A stretch of 64,000 nucleotides of DNA from Octopus sinensis (taxonomy: Eukaryota), in NCBI RefSeq assembly GCF_006345805.1, contig NC_043022.1:1488001-1552000 (forward strand), in the 5' to 3' direction. This document shows, piece after piece, positions 28,978 through 42,659 of this stretch. Both the position numbers and the translations under genes were made by a program. Below the pieces are notes generated by a model. That model worked only from the letters and a program-made list of their open reading frames with translations. It was not told where the DNA came from and searched no databases. Within the stretch, counting starts at the first letter, position 1. Every line of letters starts with the position of its first letter.

Positions 28978-30047
28978 CATATACATACATATATATATAT
29001 ACATATACATACATATATATATACATATACATAATACATACATATGTACACACTCACACACACACAGATATATACCGCTGGTATATATATATATACATAT
29101 ATATACATATATATGGATATGTTTGTATATATATGTATATATATATATGTATATAGTCAGAATATTCTGAATATTCAAACCACTTATAGGGATATTTATC
29201 CAAGATACACTGGATTTAATATATTAAATTTTGAAGAGATAATCCTTCAATGAATATATTATATATAGAATATCATAAGATATCAAACATTTTTATTGAG
29301 TTAGGGAACAGAGGTCCAATGGATACAAATTGATTCATTGATTAATCAACATATTAACCAACAATTGTTTCATTTCTCAAGATTAAAATTACAAAACTAA
29401 TAATATACTTTTACATTTTAAATACCTTATAGGGAAAATCCTCAGGGTTTTCAGAGAACAATAAAGAATACATCAGGATACTTTCGGAATATACAGGATA
29501 TATAAACATTCTGTATATTCTGAAAGTATCCTGATGTAATCCTTATTGTTCTCTAAAAACCCTGATGATTTTCCTTGTAAGGTATTTAAAATGTAAAACT
29601 ATATTCTTATGCATGTTTTGTAATTTTAATCTTATTTGAGAAATGAAACAATTGTTGGTTAATATATTGATTAATTAATAAATTAAATTGTATCCATTAG
29701 ATCTCTCTCTGCCTTCTAACTCAATATATATACATATATACATACGTACATATATATATATATATATATATTATATGTATGTATATATATATACACAAAC
29801 ACACAATCTTACACAAGTATGTATGTATATATATGTATATATATATATCTTTATAAATAGAAAATTATTGTTTCTAAATTTCTGAATGAGAAACATTTAG
29901 TAACAGTATTCTAGAGTAAATGTTGATCTTTACTCCCCCCTCTCTCTCTATATATAATATACATATATATATATATGTATGTATATATATATATGTATGT
30001 ATATATATATGTATGTATAATATGTATGTATATATATATATATATAT

Positions 30048-30081
<34 letters not shown>

Positions 30082-30594
30082 CATACACCCACACATATGT
30101 GCAGGTGTATGTCTCGGTGGTTAGGGCATTGCACTGATGATTGTGGTTTCAATCCCTGCTCCGACCAAGGGATGCATTGTATTCTTGAGTAGAACACATT
30201 GCTTGAGTCCACTCAGCTGGGGGAAATAGAATCTGGGAAACCAGCCTTATGAGCCCATAGGCTCAGGGAGCACTTTTAAACTTTTCTGTGATGTGTATAT
30301 ATACATAAATAAATATACACGTGTACATATACATACACACATACACACACATATATATATGCGTGTGTGTGTGTTTGTGTATGTATATATATATATATTT
30401 ATAGGCATAGGCATGGCTCTGTGGTAAAAAGCCTGCTTCTCAACCACATGGTTGTACGTTCAGTCTCACTGCATTACACCTTGGACAGGTGTCTTCAACT
30501 ATAACCATGGGCCGAGCAAAGCCTTCAGAGTGGATCTAGTAGACAGAAAATGAATGAAGCTGGTGGTGTATATATTTATATATATCATCATCAT

Positions 30595-30628
<34 letters not shown>

Positions 30629-31530
30629 TACCGAGTAAAACACATAAATGTGAAACAACAAGGTGAAAAAAGAGTACTCAATACCAGTGGTAGAGTAATA
30701 TCCTTTATTTAAAAGCAGCAGAAATTCAACAAAACCTGTTACTCTGAGTTTCACGTTCCCGTTCGTCAGACATTTTTGTCAAATTTTAACAAAAACTGTC
30801 CGACGAACGGGAACGTGAAACTCAGAGTAACAGGTTTTGTTGAATTTCTGCTGCTTTTAAATAAAGTATATATATATATATATATATATTATGTATATAT
30901 ATATATATATGTAAACAAGCCAACACCAGTTGTCATGCGACAGTGGGGGGACAAGCACAAACATACACACCACACATATATATATGTGTGCGTGTGTATG
31001 TTTGTGCTTGTCCCCCCACTGTCGCATGACAACTGGTGTTGGCTTGTTTACATCCCCATGAACTAGCAGTTTGGCAAAAGAGTCTGATAAAATAAGTACA
31101 AAAAATAAGCCCTGAGGTGGATTTCTTTGACTAAGTAACCTTTTAAGGCAGTGCTTCAGCATCGCCACATTGAAATGACTCAAACAAGTAAAAGAATATA
31201 TATATATACATATATATTGACACTCAAACCTACTCAGCTGAGGAGACTTGTGAATACTTGTTCACCACCCCTATGGTGCTGGCATTAGGGAGAGCAGGGG
31301 TTCTACAGCTGGCTACCCTTCCTATCACCAGTCACTTGACAGAGTGCACTGGGTGCACTTATGTAGCACAGCGTAGATGCTTTTACACGGCACCATATAT
31401 AGACATATATGTGACGTCACATGGGCACTTTACGTGACACTGCAGAGGTGCTTTTACGTGGCACTACATGTGTTTTTGCATAGCACAGCATGAGCAGGAT
31501 ACACTCAACCATGCACGCACGCATATATAA

Positions 31531-31576
<46 letters not shown>

Positions 31577-32225
31577 CACATAAATACATATTCACAAACA
31601 CACACCACACATAAATATGTTATATATACATACACAAACATACATATAGACAAACACACACATATATATATATATATATATAAATACATGTATATATATA
31701 GATATAATATACATATATACACACATATACATATATACATATATTTATATACATACACATACAACTATAGATACATATATATACATTCATATATACACAC
31801 ACATATATACATACATATATATACACACGTATATATACACATATATGTACACACATATATATATATATATATTCATATATATATATATATATATATACAT
31901 ATGTATGTATATACATATACATATATATACATATGTATGTATATACGTATACATATATATACATATGTATGTATATACATATACATATATATACATATGT
32001 ATGTATATACATATACATATATATGCATATATATGCATATACATATATATACATACATATATATACACATATACATATATAGATACATATACACACACAC
32101 ATATATATAGATACATATATATATACATATACAGATACATATATATATATATATACATATATACATACATATATACATACATATGTGCATATATATACAT
32201 ACATATACATATATATATATATATC

Positions 32226-32259
<34 letters not shown>

Positions 32260-32301
32260 ATATATATACATACATATATATATATATATACATACATATA
32301 G

Positions 32302-32351
<50 letters not shown>

Positions 32352-32883
32352 TATATATATACATATAAATAAATATATATATATATATACATACATATAC
32401 ATATATAGATACATATATATACATATAGATAGATGTATACATATCCATATATATATGCATATATATATATATGTATATATACATATACACACACACATAT
32501 ATATATATCTATATATGCATATATACATGTGTGTGTGTATGTGTATGTATACACACATACATATGCATATGTATATATAAATATATTGTAACCAATGTAT
32601 TAACTCTCTGTTAAATAATGTTAAATAATCCATGATATAATCCATAATCCATTATTTTATTACGGATTACATTAATATTCCTAGCAAAACAATAGTTGCA
32701 AAATTTAAAACCACTCCTTTTCTTCCTCACTCTTGTATATATATATATATATTATAAATATATATATATATATTATATATATATATTATAAATATATATA
32801 TATATATATATCTATTATAAATATATATATATATGCAGACATATACATATATATATGTATGTATGCATATATATATATATATA

Positions 32884-32922
<39 letters not shown>

Positions 32923-33327
32923 TCATGTTCACATGTATGTAACTACATGAATTTGAGTTGAAGGTCTGTGTGCATATGTTTATGATTGCATGTGCAAGTG
33001 TGTGTGTGTGTGTGTGTATGTGTGTGTGTGCATGTGATAGTCTTATACAACCATGAACATGCATAACATGTAGATTCTTTTGACATGCCCAAGGCTGGTT
33101 GTTACGAGCTGAAAAAGTGACCATGCGCCATGCAAAATGCAACATGCAGAAACATGCAAATAATTAATGAAATAAATAATTAAACAACAGAAAGAAAAAA
33201 ACATGCAACATGCTTGCAAATTAGATAAAGTGTGCTTATTTTCTCTCATGCATATATATATATTCATATATATATATATATACATACATATATACACACT
33301 CATAGATATATAAACATATACATATAC

Positions 33328-33383
<56 letters not shown>

Positions 33384-36300
33384 TACATACATATATATTA
33401 CATACATATATATACACACATATATACATGCACACACATATATATACATCCATACATATATATACATATATATATACATTTATAAATATATATATATGTA
33501 TATATATATGTGAATATATATACATATTTTTATGCATGTGTGTGTATATTCAGATGAATATATATACATTGATGTGTGTATATACACACAAACACATAAG
33601 AGTATACATTATTTCCATCAACATTCTGAAAATGATAAGAAGTAGAGAAGAAGAAAAAAAAAATTGGAAAAAAAAAAATTCAGAAAGAATTTCAAGAAAC
33701 CCAGATTTGATAAGATTTATGCGAGTTGAGTGGCTATAAAAAAAAATATATATATAATAACAGTCGGGTTATCCATCATTGGAAAAATATCTTCGGGATT
33801 TTCACGGGAAACCAATAAAATATCGGAGAGAGAGAAAAAGAGCGAGAGAGAGGGAGACAGCGAACAAGAGTGATAAACGAGAGATAAATTAGCAATTTTG
33901 ACATAAGATCTGTTTAAGTTATAGAATATTGGAATATTCTTGCTTCGTGTTGGAATCTTGACATTTTTTCTTCATCTGAAGTATATTAATTAAAGAAGTA
34001 TTTTGGAATTTTTTTCTTTTTTGACCATTTTTTAAAGAATTCTTGTATCTTTTGTTTTATATATACATATGTTTTTTTTTTTTTTTTGGCTTTGCTTCTG
34101 TAACATTGAATTGTAGGAAATATGATGTATTCTTTGACATTCCAAGACGTGAAGAGAAGTATTTTGTTGTTGTTATTGTTGTTGTTGCTGCCTGAAAGAA
34201 GGATTGCACATAGCAAGAAGCTTCAAGAAGCAAAACGGAGGCAATCATCAGTTTCTACCAAAGAAATATAGAAATGTCTTGGGTAAAACGCGCACACGCA
34301 CACACACACACACATGCACACATGTAAATATATATTTATACATATATGTTTATATATATATATATATATATATATGCATATGTAAAGATACATATGTATA
34401 TACATACATACATGTGTGTGTGTATCTATATATACATGTATATGTCTGATGAAGGCTAACAAGATGAACTTTTGTTGTTATTGTAACGTCTCTTTATTAC
34501 AAGTTTAACACACACACCCACACCCACACCCACACACACATGTGCATGCGCATGTGTGCAACTCAGTTTGGTCCATTACCTTGCAACCCAATTCCTATTG
34601 AAGAACTTTTTTTAACCAGGATAAAGAATCTCGCTGAAATTCTAGAAAAATCTCCTCACCCTTACTTCACCCCCGCCACCCTGCCACCCCGCCACCCCAA
34701 TCCCCACAATGGTCATCACATGACCAACGGGTTCATCAACAGCCTCTTTCTAATGGAAATCATTAGTCTCTATGAAATTGTGTGAAATATAAAAACGGAA
34801 TATAATCCACAGTTACCACACACAGTTACTACGCTCACACACACAAACACACAAACAAACACACGCACGTATGCAAACCAATGCACACGTGTATCCTTTG
34901 TCCCCATCCTATTTCAATGGTAAGATGGTTTGGGTTGGATAAGTCTGCAGTTTAATGCATTAGTTTTGAACACTTCTATCCACATATTCTTATATACTCA
35001 TGTACCACATTCTTGTATTCTTCCACACTTATATACCCATATTCTCATATACCTCAGTCGAAGTATAAGAATACTTATATACTTGAACACTTATATACCC
35101 GTGAAGGCACATGGCTCAGTGGTTAGAGCATCGAGCTTATGATTGTGAGGTTGTGAGTTCGATTCCTGGACTGGGCTGCGTGTTGTGTTCTTGAGCAAGA
35201 CACTTTATTTCATGTTGCTCCAGTTCACTCAGCTGTAGAAATGAGTTGCAACGTCACTGGTGCCAAGCTGTATCGGCCCCTTTTGCCTTTCCTTTGGATA
35301 ACATTGGTGGCATGGAGAGGGGAGGTCGGTATGCATGGGGAGACTGCTGGTCTTCCATAAATACCCTTGCATGGACTTGTGCCTAGGAGGGTAATTTTCT
35401 AGGTGCAATCCCAGGGTCATTCATAACCAAAGGGGGTCTCCTTCTATATACCTATACTCTTATATATTTATACACCATATTCTTATATTCTTCAACATTT
35501 ATATACTCATATTCTTATATTCCTATAACATACCTTGTTCTTATAAACTTACATAGTAATATCTTGATATACAAGTTAATTCATTCCTGGAGAATTCTCG
35601 TAAAGCGAAAACTCATAAAAACTCATAAACCCAGGGTCATGTGAATCGGACCCTTGTAAAGTGAAGTATTACTGTATTTGTATATACTTGTTTTTTTCTT
35701 TTGTAAAATATATTCCTTTTCACTGAATTAAATCTGAAAATTATCTGCCCAATGCTTAAAACATATCCATGGTTTTGTTGCCAGTTACTGTGTCAGATTT
35801 GATATGATGAATATCCTTAGCATCCCATCTTATAATGCAATGAAGTCTATTCTCCGACAATTTGTCATCACCATGAAGATCCCTTCACTGATGCAGCCAG
35901 TTGTTAGGGTGTCTCTCAAGATGCTTTTACAATCAGCCATCACCACTAGTGGAGGCGCATGGCTTAGTGGTTAGGGGTGTCGGTCTCATGATTGTAAGAT
36001 TGTGGTTTCAATTCCTCGACTGGGCAACACATTGTGTTTTTGAGCAAAACACTTCATTTTACGTTGCTACAGTCCACTCAGCTGGTAAAATCCAGTAATC
36101 CTGTGACAGACCAGCATCCTGTCCTGGCAGGGAATTTATATGCCATTTAAACTGGGAAACCGGTCCTTATGAGTTTGTATGACACAAGAAGGTAACTTTA
36201 CATCACCACTGGCCTCTGTTCTCGGTCATGCATAGCAGGGTCAAGGTGCTGTGGCTTCTCCTGTCCTTGGTGTTGCCAGACCAGGATTTGCAAGTTAAGA

Positions 36301-37888
36301 AAAACTCCACAGATTTGTGATGATACAGCTCAGCACTGAGGGAATAACCACAAGGCATCTTTCCAGACCCACTAACAGTTCCATTAATCCATTCACCCCT
36401 GGACTCATAGATTTTCATAGACCCCCGTCAAAAGGATGAAAAGCATTGTTGGCCCAGGTAGGATTTGAACTCACTATGCAAAGATCCGGAGCAAATACCA
36501 TGAGACATCTGGGCTGACTGTTTAACAGATCTGCCAATTCACCATCCTGGATTGTATCACTTTTTTTATCAATGAAAGACAGTGAACAGAACAAATACCA
36601 CCAGGTATTTTGTCCAACGTTCGAATGATTTTCTGCCAATTTGTTGCTCTAAGTCTAAACATCCTCATCATTGCTATTTAAGGTCTGTTTTCCATGCTGG
36701 CATGGGTTGGATGGTTTGACAGGATCCATTAAGCAGCAGGGCTGTGTCAAGTCACGGGGCCGTGTTGAGTTGCAGGGCTACATCAAGCTCTAGTATCAGC
36801 TTTGGCATGGTTTCTGTGGCTAGATTCCCTCCCTAACAATAATAATTAAACCTGGAAAAGATAAACTAGACAACAACCCTACTTCAACCCTTAAACACCC
36901 AGCACTACCCTAAATCCTAAAAACCCCTTCAAACCTTTGATTATCAAGTCTGAGATACTTTTTCTCATGCCTTATGCAATTCCATCACAATACACTCACT
37001 GCACCACAAACACTGCACCACAGACACTGCACTGTACCAAACGGCAACACCACACAAAGCTGAAACACACCAATTTATAAGACTTAGAAGACACAAAATT
37101 TTCCAGAATTCAAGAATAAATGAATGCACAGTGCGTTACTGTACGTATGAATAATGGTAGTACATACATACAGATACATATATGTGTGTGTGTGTGTATG
37201 CATATGTATGTGTGTAAATGCATGTGTATATATTAGTGTGTGTTTATATATATATGGAATAAGTATAAAAATGAATCTTTTCAATTTAACTAAAGAATTC
37301 CATATGCAACTGAAGATTGCTCTACATTTTAAAACTGATGTAATATTTGCATTGTTCAATTAAATGAAGTCACATGAAACGATCGTACTGCATTACCTCT
37401 GGATATCCTTGTTGCTTATTTTGATTATATATATATATATATGAGAGCACTCTATCAGTTACAACGATGAGGGTCCCAGCTGATACAATCACTGGAACAG
37501 CTTGCTCATGAAATTAACATGCAAGTGGCTGAGCACTCCACAGATATGTATACCCTTAACGTAGTTCTCAGGGAGATTCAGCCTGACACAGAGTGTGACA
37601 AGGCTGGCCCCTTTGAAATACAGGCACTACTCATTTTTGCTAGCTGAGTGAACTGGAGCAACATGAAATAAAGTGTCTTGCTCAAGGACACAACACGATG
37701 CCAGGAATTGAACTCACGATCGTGAGCTGAACCCTAACCACTAAGCCACGAGCCTGACAATTTCTTTTCCTTTGCCAGTTCAGTCTCTTATTACTGCTTT
37801 ACTCAACTGACACTTTGTTCTGAAGCACATGTATAATGAGTTCTAACACCAGGTTATTAGTATTGCTACACCTAAGTGAAGTAATGAA

Positions 37889-37959
<71 letters not shown>

Positions 37960-40900
37960 AGTGTAAGCAGGAGAGATTGGGTTAGATTGAGTAAACAAGC
38001 TTTATTGCATACTACTGTAAGTGTTGGTGAATAGGTCATCTCGGTATACCAGTTTATGCATGTTTAAAATTGTGCCTGAGGATGGTGGATTTCTGCTATG
38101 ATGTCATCTATGAATGCATCAATAAAATGCTACTGAAACAGCTGTAGGAAATTTGAAAACCCTATTGGTGTTCTTCTTTTGTACCTCTTACAATTGTTAT
38201 GTAAATATGTTATGCTCATGAATTAGTTGTCATAGAATCAACATGAAATATATATTCTGTGGAATATGGTTTGATTTTAGCAAACTCTTTACATTCATAA
38301 CCTAAGGGGGCTTTACTTATTGTTGCTGAATAAGCACTGATGCAGTTTCTAATATAGCTAATGTATTTAATATCATCAGCGTTGTTGTCGTCATCATCAT
38401 CATCCTTTAATATTCGTTTTCCTTGCTGGCATGGGTTGGGCAATTTGACCAGAGCTGGCAAGCTGGATAGCTGCACCGGGTTCCAGTCCAATTTGGCTTG
38501 GTTTCTCTGGCTGGAAGCCCTTCCTAACGTCAGTTACTTTACAGTGTATGCTAGGTGCTTTTAACCAGGGGTGTATATTCCGGGTGTGCTAGGTGTGTGC
38601 TACACCACCACTGAAAACAGCAAATTCATTATAAATATTAATCTTATTAATCTAATTGCAAATCTCAAAGGAAACCTTTTGTTACACTCCTGCTTAAAAT
38701 TTGGTGGCACTATATGTCACTGCTTGTAACACAACACTGGCACAAGCACTTTTACATGAAGCTAATGTGAGTGTTTTTTCTGTGGCATTGGCACAGGGCT
38801 GTCACAGGCCAATCCTCTCCATCAGGGGAAGAGGTTGGCCTTAACACCTCTGCTGTGGGGGATGGGTCATCTCGAGCACTTAATACATTATATTCTTTTA
38901 TTCTGTTTCAGTCATACTGGAGCACTGTCTTTAGTCGAACAAATCGATTCCATGACTTATTCTTAGTAAGCCTAGTACTTATTCTATCGGTCCCTTTTGC
39001 CAAACCACTTAGTTACAGGGACGTAACTAAGCGATGGTGGAGGGTGACAAACACAGACAAAAATATATACATATACATACATATATACATATACATACAT
39101 ATATATTATATATATGATGGGCTTCTTTCAGTTTCTGTCTACCAAATCCACTCACAAGGCTTTGGTCGGCCTGATGCTATAGTAGAAGAGACTTGCCCAA
39201 GGTGCCACACAGTGAGACTGAACCCAGAACCATAATACTATTATGTGATAATATCTTGGTAACTGTCTGCTGATAAAGTGAAGAAAAAACAATTGTTGTG
39301 ATATGCATTAAAATGTGTTTGCTTAATCCAATCACTCTTACTTATGCTTTTTATATATCCTCTATGGATATTCATGAATGTGTAGATATATCTTCAATAA
39401 TACGATCATTTTCATTGAGAGACTGCACATGATAGCGGATGCCTGCAGAAGAGCTTTATAAAGCAAACTATACAGTTCATATGCAAATTGAATTGATACA
39501 TATATATAAAATCAAAATAAGTAATAGGATATCAAGTATTAGTGCAATATGACCATTTCAAGTCGCTCCATTTAATTGAACAGTGCAAGCATTACATCAA
39601 TTTAAATACAGCGCTATCTTCAGTTGCAAGATATATGGATTTTCAACAAACAGAAATCCATATTTCTAGCAACTGAAGATAGCGCTGTATTTAAATTGAC
39701 ATAATGCTTGCATTGTTCAATTAAATGGAGCGACTTGAAATGATCATATTGCACTAATACTTGGCATCCTGTTACTTATTTTGATTTTATTCACCTTACT
39801 TTGAGCTATGCTAATAATACTGGACTAACTTGGTGCCTCAAATTAAACCTAATTCAACTGAAACTTAATAATTTCTTATATATATATACATATATATATA
39901 TTCATTCCAACCACTGTATATAAGCTGTTTTTGTCGTGGTTAATGCTGCAGCTGTTGTTGTTGTTGTTGTTACTGCTGTTGCAGTGACATTTTGGTATTG
40001 ATGTCGTGTGTGTGGGGTTTTTTTTTGTTTGTTTTTAGATATAATTAAGAAATTTGAAGAAAATAATTATAATAAAAAATACTGAAAAACAACAATAACA
40101 ACAAGAAGGAGAAAATATATAACATGGATAAGAAAGATGCCAGCCGCTAGAAAAATAAAGCAGATTATATAATAGTAATAATAATAATAATAATAATAAT
40201 GATGATGATGATAACAGTGATAACAACAACAATAAATTATTATCATCATTATTATTATCATTATTATTATCATTATTATTATTTCCCTCTTTTTTAGAAA
40301 AAAATTATTAATTGAAACGTTAGTAAAACAAAAGGCTTGATAAGGCAGGTCCCTTTCTTTTACATATATATATATGTATATATGCAGAAAGAGGCAGCTT
40401 TAGCAGAATAGAAAAGAGATAAGCGTTAATGATATCAGCGATAAAAAAGGAATATGATACCAATATGATTTTGAATAATAATAAAAATGATAATAATAAT
40501 GATAATAAAAGTATAAATGATGTTATTTAGATTAAAAATGAACCCTAATATGAATAGAATCCCAACAATATCAACATCATATTATATATAAATGTATATA
40601 TATATATATATATATTTGTACATATCTATACATATAAACAGACACACACACACATATATATACACATAAAATACAAAATGAGACAAGAACGCAAAACATC
40701 TGGACAGCCAAGTGATACAATAAAGGGACAACAAAACATCCAGATAGACGATACAAAGAAAACAAGGACAGGTCATTTGAAGTCCTCTATCCTCAGTCAA
40801 GCACCAGATTATCCTCGCAATTTCGGCTGATTCACACATATATACATAAATATATACACACACACACACACATATATATGCATGCATATATATATATTCT

Positions 40901-41231
40901 CACACAGACATATATCATCATCATCATCTTTATCATCATCATCATCATCATCATTTGACGTCCATTGTCTATGCTGGCATAGGTTGGACGGGTCAACCAG
41001 ATCTGGTAAGCTGGTGAAATACACGGTCTTTGTTGAGCTGAAAATAGCAGGTGTTGCTTTGATAGCATTAATTCCACTTGATCTGAGCTGACCAAACGGA
41101 GGTATAAAGACGTAGAGACCATCTTAAATATCTCACAAAACTCCCACTCTCCTTCTAGCATCTGATGAGATGGACTTGTCCTGTGCACCCATGAAACTTT
41201 AAGTAAAGTGGAGTTGAACCAAACTATTATC

Positions 41232-41263
<32 letters not shown>

Positions 41264-41601
41264 AACCTGTATAGTACCTTTATATACAGGGTAAATTTAG
41301 CTGTTTCTGCATAGATTGAAAAACAGAAACAGCCAACAACTTCAGTTGATTTTGGAATCTTTTGGGATTCTTATCAAAGGTGTCTCCATTAATTTGGCCA
41401 ATCCCAAAGAAACAAGCGGTCAGTCTGTTTATTCAACAATTACAGTGGCTACAGAAAACTGGAGTAACTAATTAGCATACCTTAAGTGTCAAGACTTCAT
41501 TTTAAATATCAGGGACCTGTCAATGAGGATCTTAGTCCACACAGTATCAAGGTATGATACAGTATATGCAACCTGGATAGTACCTTACATACACACACAC
41601 A

Positions 41602-41641
<40 letters not shown>

Positions 41642-42350
41642 AATCATATATAAAAACCAAGAAAAAATTGATAAAAAGTGAGGTTTTTCTAATTTATATA
41701 TACATATATTTTATTTTGAGAAATTTGATTTAGTATTTCTAAATTGAATTTTTCCCTGTAAGTTTGGAATAATATTCCCTCATAATATTATTATATATAT
41801 ATATATATATATATTCGTGTTTGTTTATTTGATATATATATGACAGGCTTCTGCACAATTTCCATGAATGACATTCTGCTCACAAAGCATTGGTGAACTT
41901 TAGGCTATAAAAGAAGACACTTGCCTAGTAGCCAAGCATCAGGATTGAACCTAAAACCACATAGAAGCAATGTAAATTGCTTAACCAGGCAGTCATGCCT
42001 GCACCTGATCAACTGAGATTTGTAATGCCTGAAATCAGTTGCAGTATTTCAGTGAATTTACAACATGGCAAGCTTCAGCCGAAGAGCTTCAATAAGGTAG
42101 AAACATGTCTGGAATTGTTCCCTAAATCTTGGTGGCAAATGTGTCATTGTACAATGTTTTATCCTGCCTCACTTTTTAAAGGTGAGCTTTCATTCACTTA
42201 AATCATACATAAACAGTATTTACATACATACATATGTGACTCTGTACATACACACACACACACACGCATATGTGTAAGTATATGTATATTTACACACACA
42301 CATATATATTATACACATGTATATATACACGTATATAATCATATGAGTGA

Positions 42351-42389
<39 letters not shown>

Positions 42390-42467
42390 TACATATACAA
42401 TACATGCATACATAAATACATACATACATAAACACACACACTCACATATACATACAATACACACGCA

Positions 42468-42530
<63 letters not shown>

Positions 42531-42628
42531 ATATTACGGAGATGTATTGCATAACAAGTGACCCGATCTGAGATCGTGTGCTGGAACGAAAACAATATAT
42601 ATATTATATATATATATACATGCATATA

Positions 42629-42659
<31 letters not shown>

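Noticed and set aside
31417-32645. Long ORFs rich in Y/I/C/V/H/T (for example the 341-aa ORF)
   Set aside because: These are translations of (TA)n/(CA)n microsatellites with no protein-like complexity. The same applies to most of the ORF track.
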